Shown one piece after another: positions 42,860 through 61,087 of a stretch of 64,000 nt of DNA. Position numbers and translations under genes: made by a program. The notes under the pieces are model-generated. The model worked only from the letters and a program-made list of their open reading frames with translations, did not search any database and was not told the DNA's origin. Numbering within the stretch: the stretch's first letter is position 1; the number at the start of each line of letters is the position of its first letter. Source of the DNA: the human T2T-CHM13v2.0 reference genome, Homo sapiens; the NCBI RefSeq assembly GCF_009914755.1, contig NC_060937.1. One strand, given 5' to 3'.

Positions 42860-43280
42860 GTAGACCATTGTCTTTGGGTCTCTTGCAGTTTTCCACATCT
42901 TGTGAGCTGAAGATGCCTTTGGTCCAGACTGTCTTTATGAGGATATTTAGATGGCAAACAGCCTTGAAAGATAGAGATGGTGGCTCCCTGAAGTGAAGGA
43001 CAGGCACGCCTATGCCCACCGTAAAAGATTTGGCTTTCCTAGGCTCAGAGCTCCTTCCCTTAGTGTAATACACAGTACATGCCGGTGTCCCCTGGCCCAC
43101 TCTATGTCACCTTATGGGAATCAGGGGCTGGGAAACCCACACAAGAAAATGTTGATAATGCGGACACGTGGCTTTCCCCAGGAATCTCATGTCTTCTACT
43201 GGCATCATGAAACTGTGCAGGGTAACTTGTTAGCTTGAGAGAGGACGAAACATCACACTCTCCACCATCCTTGATGCCTC
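42860..43280. mobile_element. Probable old LTR (family uncertain)
   Basis: CAGCCTTGAAAGATAGAGA, CCCAGGAATCTCATGTCTTCT and GTAACTTGTTAGCTTG resemble old ERVL LTRs. Confidence 0.4.
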
Positions 43281-44512
43281 ATACAGTCGTCTCTCCTCGA
43301 TGCTCTTCTTTTTAGTTTTCCTGACATTTTTCCATGTCTACTTGTCCCTGTAAACTTAGAATTATCTAGTTCCAAAATGAAATCAATCAATTGAAGAAAC
43401 AAAAGCTTCCAGTATTTTTATATGGAGTGTGTTAACTTTACAAGTTGATTGAGGGAAAATCTGTCTTCGTTGTCGAATATTCTTCTTTTCCAGTCTCATG
43501 CTCGACTTTGTAATCTGGGTCCTTATTAATTACAACTGAATTATAGCCCTTCTAAGAATCAAATCTTGGATTTAGTTTTAAATAAGTGAAACCTTAGGAT
43601 GAAGAGCATAATGGCCAAAATGTGGCCTGTCATTTAGCAGAACCTGGGCTCCATCTGAAAAGTGAGGCAATAACAGAGGCAATCCTGTAGGGCTACTGGG
43701 GAGGCCACGTGCATGAAGGCATATGGGTCAGGCGTGAGGAGGGCTGGATAAATGGCAGCAACTGTTATTCTTATAACTGGTTCTTTGTTGTAATAGTGAT
43801 CTTTCATCTCATTTGGTCCTAAAAGTCCCAGTTCTAACCATTGTAATATGTGCAAATCTGTACAGTGAGGAAAGTCAGAATAATTCTTGCAATATGGAAA
43901 TATGATTTATTGGACTCCTGTTGAACACAAATTCATTAATTTGACTAATATGGTTATTATCATCTATAAATAAAATCATTTCCCTCAAATTTATCTTTTA
44001 ATTGAAAAACATTTTACATTTCTCATGGAGGCCACTACTTAATCATTTTTACAATGTAATGAGAATGAGAGCCCTGCTTATTCAGAGAGGGGTAGTAATT
44101 GATGGCTGTGTTCCCTAGCAGAACTATTATGCTAAATCTGGGTCATCCATCCTTGGAAATGTTTGGTTCATAGATTAAAACCGATAGAAGGCACTGCAAT
44201 CTTCAGAGTTTTACTGGAATTTGGCAATTTGCTTCATTCTAAGATATATTTTTCAATTCCCAATATTTCATTTGGATACTAAGAGCCCTGCCTTTGAGGT
44301 CATAATCAAGTGACTGAGTGATTTCCATAATTACATGCTAATTTTTAAGGCCTAAATCTAAAAGCGCAAGGGGACGCCTGAGTTGTTAAGGGCAAACCAC
44401 TGAGCACAGTAACCTCGTCCAGAGGCAGGAGCGAAACTCAGGCAAAGCCTGTGTGGGTCTCATGGAGAAGCCGGTGGGATTTAAGACACAGCGCCCTAGT
44501 CCAAAGACAATG

Positions 44513-44789
44513 CCCTCACTTATCTGTGACCTGGACGCTCCCTCCCTGCTTCGAGTCTTCCTGCCTTCGCTTCAAGTTGTCCCGCCTTTCCAGATGGAAC
44601 CAATGTACTTCTTACCTATATCATTGATGCCTCATGTCTCCCTAAATGTATAAAACCAAGCTGTGCCTTGACCGTCTTGGGCGCATGTTATCAGGACCTC
44701 CTGAGGCTGCGTCACAGGCGCGTCCTCAACCTTGGCAAAATAAACTTTCTAAATTAATTGAGGCCTGTCTCAGATGTTCTGGGTTCACA
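44513..44789 (+). mobile_element. MER4-family LTR, 3' half
   Basis: GTTGTCCCGCCTTTCCAGATGGAACCAATGTAC, TGTATAAAACCAAGCTGTG, CAGGACCTCCTGAGGCTG, AATAAAC and a GGTTCACA end. Confidence 0.8.
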
Positions 44790-44949
44790 ATATGGACCAC
44801 ATTTTCTTTATCCAGTGTATCATTCATGGGCATTTGGGTTGATTCCCTGTCTTTGCTATTGTGAATAGTGCTGCGATGAACATATGTGTGCAGGTATCCT
44901 TATAATAGAATGATTTATATTCCTTTGTCTACCCCTACTCTTAAACATA

Positions 44950-46480
<1,531 letters not shown>

Positions 46481-49247
46481 CAGGAGGTGACAAAGTGGTG
46501 AGATGAAGGGGACCCCAACATAGTTTTTTGTTTTGTTTTGTTTTTTGTTTTTTAACCCAAACCAAAAATGGTCAATACCCAACATAGTTTTAGAAGGATT
46601 TCTCTGAATTCTGCTGTACAATGGGCCTCCAGGTTGGAGTCCTTCAAAAGGTTCTTCAAATACTGAAATTAATAGAATACTCATCAGAGTTGACTAAAAT
46701 ATCAGCCTTCATTACTCTCTGCCTCCCTACTCTCTTTGTTTCTGCTTTGTGACACTTATCCACACCTGACGTTAGACTCTCTGTCAGTTTATCTGGCCTA
46801 CATCCGTGCCTAGAAAATAGTAATGCTTACTAAATATTTGTTGAATGAATGAATAGATGAGGACATATGTAAAATAATGCAAACCCTGGCATGTAGGAAG
46901 TGCTTTGTCAATGTGAATTTCTTTCCTGAATTTCTCCTAATTCAGGTAAAGCCCGTTGCTTCCACAAGATGTCTGGTGCCATCTGGAGGAATTGCGATCC
47001 CTGCTGGAATCCCTACCTGAGTCCAGACAGACTGTAAGTCCGCTATGGCCAGTCCCAAGATTGAAACTTCTAGAAATACAAATACTCAGTTTCGGACAGG
47101 CCTTCTGATGTGTACGCACAAAAAATTCCTAATTTCTGACATTGAGAAAAGCCTTTTGTTGCCATGTTTTCCTACAAATGTGCTTTCCTGCCATCTTGTG
47201 GCCAATCTGGGGAACTTGCAAACAGTTTGCCCGGACCTCACTCAGTCTAAAGAAAAGCTCCGGGAGCTGGGCTTGCCCAGAGCCATTTGGCAAAGCACCT
47301 GTGGTCATTTGACCACACCCTGGGGCCATCCGGCTTCTCAGACGCCCATGTTTTCGAAACAGGAAGCCACTGAGGTCACTGCTCTGTTTGGTGGCTTCTG
47401 CTGGGGACAGCTGAGAGAAGTGCCTGACCTTTGTCCTCCCATTTAGACACAGCCCCACTATTAACCCTGTCATGGTTGGACCCCAAGGATTTGCTCTGAG
47501 CATTCCGTGAACACCTGCAAACTCCTTGAGGGCAGGGCTTTATCTATGTTTTACCCCCAGTGTATCATACAGCATTGAACACATAGTAGGTGCTTACTAA
47601 ATAAATGTTGAAGAGATACTATCATTGGAGCATCTAAGAGCACTTCAATGAGCCAAGTCCAAGCACTTTACATAGATTGTCTTATTAAATTAAAGTGACC
47701 AACTCATCCTGTTTGGCCAAGGACTGTCCTGAGAATCCTCTCAGTCCTGGACCAACGAGGGCAGTTGTTCGGTCCCCTTAACGCAAATTCTGGCAACACC
47801 TCTCTGACATTGACACTACCATTATCCCCATATTTCAGATGAGAGGACTGAGGCTCAGAATTCTAAGAACTTGCCCATTATCACACAGGTCCTAAGAGCT
47901 CCCTACTTAGGGACTTAAATCCAAATCTTGGACTCTGCGACCTCCGTTCTCACCACCGTTCTGTGCTATTCCCTGAGAGGCAGCGCAGGTCCTTGCGCCG
48001 CAGATGGGGCTGCCTGTCTCCAAGGCCTTCCCTGCTCCTATGACAGTGGAGGTGTGAAGGGGATTGGAAGTGTCCTCGAGTTCTTTCTGAAGAAACACAT
48101 CAGGCAAATAACAGATTTATAAAGGTGAGCTGAGGGGCGGTGGGGAGAGGGAGAGGGAGAGACAGAAAACATGCTCTTCTTAGCAATTCCACCTTGATAT
48201 GATTACAGACTGGAAGTCTATACCTAGACTAGTTAACCAGGAAGGCAGATGGGAACTTGGATTTCCTACTTCCCAACTGTGGTTTCTGTTTCAATCACAG
48301 ACTACTGCAGTCACCTCTCTGTTGGAAACAAACATTGACTCTCTGCTTCCTCCCAAGGTGCAGGCACTCTCAGAATTCGAGAGAACAGAGGCACAGGAAA
48401 GCCATCATCAAGCTTGGGTTTGTCTCTGTCACTTACAGAGTTGTAGGATCTCGAGCAAGTTATTGAACCACAGTGTGCCTCAGTTTCCTCATCTGTGGCA
48501 TGAGGATGCTGATATGCTTACCTCCAAGGGCTGCTCAGGGTATTAAATGAATAAAATGCTCAAAGCCCTTAGAACAGGCCATGCTGAAAGTAGCAAATAT
48601 CTTTCTCTTGTCTCCCACATTTCATCTGTCAGAGAATCCTGTTGGCTCCATCAACCTCCAAAGTATATCCAGAATCCCACCACTTCTCACCACCACACTG
48701 CCACCTACCTAGCCAGAGCCACCCTCCTGGAAGGTCACTTGGGAACCTGCATGGACACTTGGCCCCTTTCAGTTTATTCTTTTTTTTTTTTTTTTTTTTT
48801 TTGAGACGGAGTCTCGCTCTGTCGCCCAGGCTGGAGTGCAGTGGTGCGATCGTGGCTCACCACTGCTCCGAACTCCTTGGCTCAAGGAATCCTCCTACCT
48901 CAGCTTCCTGAGGAGCTGGGATCACAGATGTGTGCCACCATACCTGGCTAATGTTTAAATTTTTTGTAGAGATGGGGTCTCCCTATGTTTCCCAGGCTGG
49001 TCTCCAACTTCTAGGCTCCAAGTAATCCACCTGCCTCAGCCTCCCAAGTACCCAAGTGGCTGGGACTACAGACGCGCCACCACGCCCAGATCAGTTTATT
49101 CTTAAGACAGTAGCTAGAGGGGTCCTGCCACACAGCAGTCACGTGACTTCTAGGCTCAAAACCCTCTGTAGACATCTCAAAAGCCCAGGCTTTCACCCTG
49201 GCCTGCCCAACATGAAAGACACACCCTTTCTCTCCGCCCTCAGCAAC

Positions 49248-49405
49248 TCGCTCCCCTCACTCCCCTGATCCTGTGTGCTGACCTCTCGCTCTCCCTCCTT
49301 CCCCCTCCCCACATCCTGTATGCCGGCCTCTCGCTCCCCTCACTCCCCTGATCCTGTGTGCTGGGCTCTGGCTCTCCCTCACTCCCCCTGATCCTGTGTG
49401 CTGGC
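49248..49405. repeat. Degenerate about 40-bp minisatellite (about 4 copies) inside an L2-like fragment
   Basis: Recurring CTCGCTCCCCTCACTCCCCTGATCCTGTGTGCTG. Confidence 0.8.
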
Positions 49406-51132
49406 CTCTCAAAGACACCAGGCATGCCCCGCCTCCGGCCTTTGCACGGCTGCCCCTCTGCCAGGCACTCTCTGCCCTCACCTTGTTGAAGTGGCTGCTC
49501 ACATGCCACCATCCCAGGAAGCGCCCTCTGACCATCCTTTTCAGTCACAACCTCTGTCCCTCTGCTCTATTTTTTTTTTTTTAGATCCATGGCACCCAAC
49601 ACCTCCTACTATACCACATCATTTTCCATAATTTCCTTATTCAGCCCATTTGTTGCTTATGGTTCATCGGCTGCTGCGAGAATGCGAGTGTGCACAGAGG
49701 CAGGGGTCTGGCTTCTTTTTGTTCTGGGAGGTATCCCACCTGCCTGGCATGTGTCTGCCCTTGGTGCATGCTCGGTAAGCATGGGTAGAACAACTAGCAC
49801 AGGGCAAGGGCTCACCCAGGGGCCTTTCTTGGCACCACAAGGGCCTTACCCCAACCCTGGGAAGCGGGCACTGTCTTTATTTTACAAATGGTGACGTTGA
49901 CGCCTCCAGCGGCCTGCCCAAGCTCACAGCTCAAGGAAGGGAAGAACCAGGAGCATGATGTGTTTCCACCCTCGCCCTGCAGTCTCGCTGCAGCCCCACC
50001 CTCCCGAAAGCACGCGTTCACCCAGGCTGCAGGGTCTCTCCCTGTGTCCGCTTCTTGCCAGCACCTGCCTGCTGCCCGACCCCTCCCGCCTGCAGGCAAT
50101 TTGCCCATCTCCACTTGCCAGAGGCACCTCCCAGGCCACACCACAGAAAGCCTGCACACTCCGATTTACCTCCATGTCCCGTGTTGGTCACTGCTGTGGT
50201 TTGGGAGCCACCGCCCTCTGCTACTGACTTGGTGCCTTCCTGGACCTCCCTAGTGGGCTCATCTGTTTCATCTTTCTGTACACTCATTAGGGAAGATGGG
50301 CACACACACACAAGCACCCACGCACGCACGCACGCACGCACACTCTCTCGCTCCTGCTGTAGGTCCTTAGCAACTAACGACTAGTTGTGCCTGTTAGTAG
50401 CTGGGTGGGACTTATTCCAGATCCTTTCCAGGTTTGTAAATCAAATCAAGGACCTGAGTCAGACTCCGGACTTACTGAAGTTCAACCTTCCTGAAGACGA
50501 AAACAGGCTGAGCAGCATGGATGGCAAGGCCGTCTCTGCCCCAAGGCACCAGCTGGCGGACAGGATCTCGGTTCCATCTACCAGCCACTGCAAAGCAGGG
50601 ACATGTGTGTCAACCGGGCCCTGGGACAGGTGGTCTGGGCCTCCCCTCTCTTCCCTGTGGTGATGGGGACAGGGAACTTTGTAGGAGAAACCTACGAAAT
50701 GGAAACTGTGAAGGGAAATGCTTTTTTTTTTTTTTTTTTTTAATGAGATGGAGTTTCACTCTTGTTGACCAGCCTGGAGGGCAGTGGGGCGATCTCGGCT
50801 CACTGTAACCTCCACCTCCTGGGTTCAAGTGATTCTCTTGCCCCAGCCTCCTGAGTATCTGGGATTACAGGTGCCTGCCACCATGCCTGGCTAATTTTTG
50901 TATTTTTAGTAGAGATGGGGTTTTGCCATGTTGGCCAGGCTGGTCTCGAACTCCTGGCCTCGGGTGATCAGCCCACCTTGGCCTCCCAAAGCGCTGGGAC
51001 TACAGGCATGGGCCACCGTGTCCAGCTGGGAAATGCTTTCCTTGACTCAGTGCTAGGAGTAGGATGGCCCCAAGCACAAAGGGCTGCTTAGTCAATCCTC
51101 TGACTGCCAGAAGGTACAAAGCTCTTAGAGCC

Positions 51133-51552
51133 TGACATGGTTTGGATGTGTGTCCCCTCCAAATCTCAGGTTAACTGTGATCCCCAGTGCTGGAGGTGGG
51201 GCCCAGTGGGAGGTGTTTGGGTCATGGGGGTGGGTCCCTCCTGAATGATTTTGTGCCATCCCCTTGGTGATGAGTTGTCGCTCCGTTAGTTCACATAAGA
51301 CCGGGTTGTTTAAAAGTCTGGGATCCCCCCACTCTCTCTCATTCCCACTCTTGCCATGTGATGGGCCTGCTTCGGCTCTGCCTTCCGCCGTGGTTGTAAG
51401 CTTCCAGGGGCCTCGCTAGAAGCCAAGCAGAGGTTGGTGCCATGCCTGTACAGCCTGCTGAACGGTGAGCCAAATAAAACTCTTTTCTTTATAAATTACT
51501 CAGTCTCAAGTATTCCTTTATAATAACACAAAAGCGGACTATGAATAATACA
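51133..51552. mobile_element. MST-family MaLR LTR
   Basis: TGACATGGTTTGGATGTGTGTCCCCTCCAAATCTCA...TGAGCCAAATAAAACTCTTTTCTTTATAAATTAC.CAGTCTCA.GTATTCCTTTATA. Confidence 0.88.
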
Positions 51553-51798
51553 GGGCCCCACGCTGGCCTCCAGAACATTCAGCCCTTAGAAATGCATGGC
51601 TTTTTGTTCCAGGCGCGCCAGAACAGCACCCCACCAGATTCGCTTCCCGTGGCTTTTGAGTCTTAAACATATCTACGGCGTCTAGGAGCCTCATTAGAAC
51701 AAACCAGACATTACATCAAATGAAAACCCCAGTGGTTCTGAATCACCAGATGTTAGCAGGAGGCGAGATGAAAAGCCACACTCCTCTCGCAGCAGCTG

Positions 51799-51888
51799 CT
51801 GGAGGTGGCTGTGTCCTTGCTGATGGACCTGGAGGTGGCTGTGTCCTTGCTGATGGACCTGGAGGTGGCTGTATCCTTGCTGATAGAC
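51799..51888. repeat. 30-bp tandem repeat, 3 copies
   Basis: CTGGAGGTGGCTGT(G/A)TCCTTGCTGAT(G/A)GAC at 51799, 51829 and 51859. Confidence 0.95.
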
Positions 51889-52121
51889 CCGAGATACCTG
51901 GAGACCCAGGCTCACTCCCTGCTCACTGCCTCAGATCAGGGCTGGAGACAGAAACCCGGACACACAGGACCCTCTTGAGAAAGCCCAGGAGCCCTCAACA
52001 TCACAGGACACAGGCAAGTGGAAGGAGAATGGCTTTTTCGTTTCTCACACTCTGGTGGCCTCTGGGGTGAGGGGGAGTGGGGAGTTAGTGTGGAATGCGG
52101 ACAGAGTTCCTGTTTTGCAAA

Positions 52122-52188
52122 ATGAAAAAAGTTCTGGAGATGGATGGTGGCCATGATGAAAAAGTTCTGGAGATGGATGGTGGCCATG
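52122..52188. repeat. 33-34 bp tandem duplication in an L1M 3'-end fragment
   Basis: ATGAAAAA(A)GTTCTGGAGATGGATGGTGGCCATG twice. Confidence 0.9.
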
Positions 52189-52898
52189 GTCCTCCAGCAA
52201 TGAGGATGTTCTTCATGCCACTCAACTGCAGACTTAAAAACTGGTTCAAATGGTAATGTTACCTTATCTTTATTTTGTCATAATTTTATTTTTTGAGACA
52301 TTCTCACTTTGTTGCCCAGGCTGCAGCACAGTGACACAATCCTGGCTCACTACAACCTTCGTCTCTCGGGTTCAAGCGATTCTCCTGCCTCAGCCTCCTG
52401 AGTAGCTGGGATTACAGGCGCCCACCACCAGGCTTGGCTCATTTTTTGTATTTTTAGTAGAGACGGGGTTTCACCATGTTGGGCAGGCTGGTCTCGAACT
52501 CCTGACCTCAGGTGATCTGCCCGCCTCAGCCTCCCAAAGTGCTGGGATTACAGGCGTGAGCCACCACACCTGGTCTGTATTTTGCCATAATTTTAAAATA
52601 AATAAATGGAGGAGCCTGCCCCTTCTTGCTGCCCTGTGCTGTAGGCCCATGGACTTCCATGCTCGCCTTTCCTCTCCTTCGCTGTTTCTGGCCACTCCTT
52701 TTTCTGTGGCTTTTACTCCCTCTGCCCCTAAGCCGGCTGCCCCTCCAGGTGAGATGCTGGCCTACTGTGTGGTGAGTTTCAGAGCTAATCACCACCGCCT
52801 TGTTGGAGGGGTCACCCACCGGGACACCCATAGGCAATAGGGCACTCACAAACCGGGCCCATGGGGGAGGGGGTTCCAACATCCTTACAGGAGGCCCC

Positions 52899-52954
52899 GA
52901 CTCCACTAAGAGGATAAATGTGCTGAGACTCCACTAAGAGGATAAATGTGCTGA
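52899..52954. repeat. 28-bp perfect tandem duplication
   Basis: GACTCCACTAAGAGGATAAATGTGCTGA at 52899 and 52927. Confidence 0.95.
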
Positions 52955-53652
52955 ATCTTTTCTGTTTAGCCGTTTGAGAGCAGGGTTTTTCAGCCTCTCC
53001 TTTCTACACACTTAAGCCCCTCTTAACCACCGAGGCCAGGCCTAGGGGTTCATCCTTCCCTTCAAGCGGACAGTTCACTCTCCGAAGCCCTTCAGTGCCC
53101 ACTTTGCCTTCCCTTGCCCCCTTTACATGGCCTCAGCCATCACAAGTTTGCTTTCTGTTATATGAACAAAGACGGCATAGTGTTGTGGTTAACAGGGCTT
53201 TCTCTTTGCCCAGACATGCCTGGGTTCAAATCCTGGCTCAGCAAGCAGCCAGATATATGGCCTTGGACCAATTACTTAAATTTCACGTTCTCCAGTTTCC
53301 TTGTATCCAAAATAAGAATAACAAAACCTTCCTTAGTTTTGTTATAAGGATAAAAACAGAATTAATCCATACTGCCCATTGAACATTGGCAGTGAGAGGC
53401 GGCTCTGTGCAATGACTGGCAGCTGGGCTCTGGAGCAGGACTGGGATGGCCTGGGGCAGGGTACTTGGTTTCACTGTGCCTATTTTCTCCTCTGTGGAAT
53501 GGGAATGGGTAACGGTAATCTACATTACAAGGCTGTGGCAAGGATTGCATGTTTGTAAATTTCATTCAATAGAGTGCTTGGCATGCTGTCTGCACATACT
53601 CAGTGTTCAGTAAATACTCACCACTTTTGTTAGAAAGTGAGGTGGCCATTTA

Positions 53653-54317
<665 letters not shown>

Positions 54318-54549
54318 CTAAAATAGTCAACAAAAATCAAACCTGGACATACATTAACTAAAGTAATTTTATAACATCTAAAAGAGATATCAAAATAAAT
54401 ATTTTAGTGCCCTGAAAAAAAGAAAGAACATTCACAAAACGAAAAACATAATTGGCTGGGCATGGTGGCTCAAACCTGTAATCCTAGCACTTTGGGAGGC
54501 TGAGGCAGGCAGATCACTTGAGGTCAGGAGTTTGAGAACAGCCTGGCTA

Positions 54550-54840
<291 letters not shown>

Positions 54841-55418
54841 TTAGGAGTAAGAAACGAAGTCCTGCTATGTCCAATTAAAGCATTTCCATCCCAGGGGCTT
54901 CTTTAGCTCCTCCCAACCCATGCTGAATTGTATTTTAATAGTCAGACAATGATCAAGTCAGTGTACTATTTTGGTTATACATTGGTCATCATGGAATTTA
55001 GAGAAAGGCACAAAACACGAAAAAAAATGAGTTGCAGGGAAAGTACAGAAGAGCAGAGGTTAGTGATGTGGCCTCTGCATTCCCCTCCACCACCCCCATC
55101 CATGACATTTGCAATTGCATGAGGTCTTGCAAAGAGGGCACCCATGTTGGCCTCTGTCCATCTTGATTATGCTTGGAAGTGGTGAAATGAGAGCCAGAGG
55201 GAGGATTACTCTGAAAAGTCAACCCTGATGGGCAAAATGCCCAAGCTCCCCTCTGTGCTCTCTGCATGTCCATCAAAGGTTGAAGAAGAGCCTGTAGGCA
55301 TCATTTCCACCCATATGCAGAGCACACTACATGTTAGTTACTCACACGCAAAGAACACTATGTGTTAATATCAGACTTGGTTGAGGGGCATGACAACGAC
55401 CTTCATTCAAATATATGA

Positions 55419-55837
<419 letters not shown>

Positions 55838-57016
55838 TAAAAAGATCAAAACCTGCCCAAACTTATACTGCAACTATAAGAGTGGAGCACTAGGGCTGGG
55901 TGCTGTGGCTTATGCCTGTAATCCCAGCACTTTGGAAGTCTTAAGCCCAGGAGTTCGAGACCAGCCAGTGAGACCCTGCCTTTACAAAAAAAATTAAAAA
56001 CTTAGCTGGGTGTGGTGGCACAAGCCTGTAGTCCTAGCTACTTGGGAGGTTGAGGTGAGAGGATCCCGTGAACCTAGGAGTTCAAGGTTGCAGTGAGTTA
56101 TGATCGTGCCACTGCACTCCAGCCTGGATAACAGAGTAAAAACTTGTCTCTTAAAAAAAAAAATTAAAAATTAAAAAACAAATAGAGGATTACTATGTTC
56201 TGGAGACTGAACAGTGAACAAGATATACAGAAGAGCTTTTGGTCTAGGAAAAGCTAGATAGTGATGATCCACTGAGGTCTGTGCAACTTGAAAATGTGAA
56301 GCTGTGTTATGGGAGCTCAGAGCAGGGCCACAGCCTAGCATGGGAGGGAGGGAGGACAGGAAAACTCTTGGAGGACATGGCATGAAAATGAAGAGGGCTT
56401 AGCCAGGTGGAGGGGTTGGGGGTGGTGGAAATTAAGTATCTTGGGGTATTCTTTTTCTTGCCTTTTGACTTGGGAATGAGAATGTGATGTGTTCCAGGAA
56501 GGAGCAGCAGCTCCATGCTGGCAGGATCAGAGTGCATGGAGAGAAAGGAAGTGTGTCCAGAGGGAAAAAGAGCCTCATGGCCCCTAGTTAAGGAATTAGG
56601 ACTCGATCCCAAGGCTAGAAAAAGTGTTAAGATTTGATAATCACATTATGTTTCTCACTCTGGACTTTGAGTCTCCCCTTCAATGCAGCCCCTATGGTGC
56701 AATGGCGAGCTTGTATATAAGCATTTTAGAGGCCAAATGCGAACTCTTCCTTCTAATGCAGGAACCAGTTTCAATCATCAGAGTTGCGCACTAGTTTGTC
56801 TAAGAACTGTGGCTTGTTTGTGTAGGAGTGCCAAGGTAGACTCATTCTGGACCTGATACCTGGGATGGCTAAATGATAAACATCTCTAGGATAAATTAGG
56901 CATTAGGTGTTTAAAATGTTTTAGAAGAATTTTTACGCCAGCAGGAAATGTTTGTGAGTATCGAGAAAAACACTAGGAGATGGTACACAAATGTGCACAT
57001 AGGACGGTCCTAGTAA

Positions 57017-57638
<622 letters not shown>

Positions 57639-57764
57639 TCCCTGGGGAAAACAGGACCAGGAAGAAATTTTAATGAGCAGGTGCTGCTTTTATAATCAGA
57701 TAGGATGTTAAAGATTTCTTACCCTACCCAGAGATACATGAACACTTAGGCTTAAGAACAGAAA

Positions 57765-57770
57765 TTTATT
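57765..57770 (-). terminator. SLC15A1: SLC15A1 polyadenylation signal AATAAA
   Basis: Plus-strand TTTATT about 900 nt after the stop codon, followed on minus by GT/T-rich sequence (GTGTTCATGTATCTCT). Confidence 0.75.
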
Positions 57771-58216
57771 TCACACCATTGAAACTTCAAAAAAATCATT
57801 ACTGGCCTTCACCTGAGCTGTCTTTCGAGTTATCCATAATTTAAACACAGGTAGGGACTAGAAAAACAAAATAACAAAAACCCAAAGGTAAAGTTATCAG
57901 TTAATACCAGCTGGTCCTTATCACAGCCATTTCAAACCTGTACGTTCACTTTTGGCCTTGGCTCCTGCCTCCTTTAGAATAGTTTTCGTAAGAGTATTAG
58001 AAATGAACAGTATGGAATAGGAAACTTTGTTACCATTTCAAAATTAAGCTAGTCCAAAATAACATCATTTGTGTGATAGGGAAGATGACCAATGTGGGGT
58101 GGGCTCACAGTACTCTAAGACAGTGTGTGTACGTGTGGCTTAAATAAGCCTTTCAAACAGAAGACTTCTTCCAGAGTTTTAGATTCACTGCTGGCTGCTT
58201 AGAAAATAGCGTTCAC

Positions 58217-58556
<340 letters not shown>

Positions 58557-58675
58557 TTAGTTCCCAATTCTGAAGTCTTCCTCATCAGGGGCCATCCAAT
58601 GGAGTGTCCTGCTACCTGGGGGCAGAGGTCAGGGCATCTGCGGGCCCAGTCCATCCTCCACTTGCCTCCTGACCT

Positions 58676-58867
58676 TCACATCTGTTTCTGTGAATTGGCC
58701 CCTGACATGAAATATGGGTTACTCTTTTCCAGTCTGTTTTTCTTTTCATCCTCATCAAATTGAGCTTCGATCTCCGCTGGGTTGATGTAAGTATAGAACC
58801 GAGCCATGATGGCAAAAATTACACAGACGACCAGAAGCAACGCGGCAAATAGAATGTACTCGGCCCA
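58676..58867 (-). CDS. SLC15A1: PEPT1 (H+/oligopeptide transporter) terminal coding exon
   Basis: AG acceptor, then WAEYILFAALLLVVCVIFAIMARFYTYINPAEIEAQFDEDEKKNRLEKSNPYFMSGANSQKQM* (192 nt), the human PEPT1 TM12 and C terminus. Confidence 0.97.
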   Translation of the reverse strand, partial: WAEYILFAALLLVVCVIFAIMARFYTYINPAEIEAQFDEDEKKNRLEKSNPYFMSGANSQKQM

Positions 58868-59681
58868 CTTTGAAGAAATCAGAGTTGGAGCAGGAAAAAG
58901 AACAAAAATAAAACAGGTCATACTGATGAATATATGGTGCGTACATGTTCTTGCTACATGCAGATGGAGAGTGCTTTGAAATTAAATTATGGAAAATTGG
59001 TAAGCAACCAATACAGATACAGTAAGCCCAGCTTTTCTGGAATGCCCAAGATAGATAGATGCTAATATAGACAACATGTTTTGAACAGCACTAAGGTACA
59101 GAAACAACAGACTTTGGGAAGATGAGAGAAAATTTCTGAAATACTGAAGCCTTAAGACATGTGGCTGGACCTGGAAGGATGGGGACCAAGAGAACAGCAA
59201 GCAGTCCCCACAAGGGAAAAATGAATATGTTGAACTCCAGCAAGTTAAGAGCCCCACGTTCCTCCTTGGAAACACCTGGAGCTCATAAGCACACAGCATT
59301 AGCACATCTGCTGCTGGGACCTGGTGCAGGAAGTCATGAAACGGATGGGATAACAGCTCCCTTATGAGGCAGACATGCTACAGTGCAGAAGGAAAGAGTG
59401 TAAGTATCAGTAGAGCCCTCATTTAATTTTAGCTGGAAAATTTATAACCAACTCTAGGATGGCTTTAACTTCAGGTGTTATGAAAGTTCCAGGATAACAT
59501 GTGTCTGCTTTGCAGCTGCTAAGCTGCATTCACTGAAGCTAGGAGAGATGTTTCCCTTGATAGTAAAACACATAAGGGCAACTTCAAGTTAACCCATTCC
59601 AGCTATTTTGGTTGTCAATTTCCAGCTGCGTTAACAACAAGTGGGAATAAGAAGAATCATCAGGCCAGGTGCAGTGGCTCA

Positions 59682-60070
<389 letters not shown>

Positions 60071-60143
60071 CTAGGGAAGGCCACCATGATGACCATGAAC
60101 AGGAAAGACAGAGGTATGTGCAATCTCCTCTCCCACGCCATAC

Positions 60144-60251
60144 CTGTTTGCTGAACTGGCCTGCCCCTGCCACGATGAGCACAATGATGTTGCCAACAGC
60201 CACGGTCAGCAGCCATCCTGCCTGAAGCACCGACTTCATGTTGGAAGGAGC
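60144..60251 (-). CDS. SLC15A1: PEPT1 penultimate exon
   Basis: CAG/..GTATGG boundaries; 108 nt; APSNMKSVLQAGWLLTVAVGNIIVLIVAGAGQFSKQ (TM11). Confidence 0.97.
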
Positions 60252-60846
60252 CTGAGGAAGCAAAGCAAAGTGAGTCCTGCTCCAGGTCTCACCCTCCGAG
60301 CAGGAGAACACAGCTCACCGATGGGCGTTTCGTGAAGCAGATCACCCTAACAATGCACACGAAAAGTCAGGTGGCCTCAATGTAAAAAGGATCATCACTT
60401 AAGTAACAAGACACCCAAACATGCACAGACGAGTAGACAAGAATTCCTGTGTTTCACGCTCCACATCCTTGCAAAGCTGTCCCCTTAGTTAAATGGACAC
60501 ATCTACGGAGGAGCTGATCCTATTTCTACAGGAGAGCTTCCAAGCAAAGCCACCCAGCCTGGCATAGTCTTCCCCTCAAATGCAGGCTGCCCTGGGCTGC
60601 AAGCTTGCCCTTCTGTGGCTTTCCTGCCACATCTCCAAAATCTCTTCAAACACCTGTCACCTGTATTACAGTTATCTCCTTTATTAGACTGTGAGGTTAT
60701 CACAGAAAGTGATTTTCTGACTCATCTTGGCCTCTTTACTATAAAAATTGATGGTACTAGGCATTGTGGGCTATAATGCCTATAACTATAGCTCTGACAA
60801 CACAGTTCAATAATTAAGCTCTAATTTGGGTATCAATAAAACCTAG

Positions 60847-61087
<241 letters not shown>

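Noticed and set aside
49880-50350. GC-richer stretch with TGACG motifs as a possible promoter or CpG island
   Set aside because: CpG density is modest and the motifs are short enough to occur by chance; no transcript evidence in the sequence.
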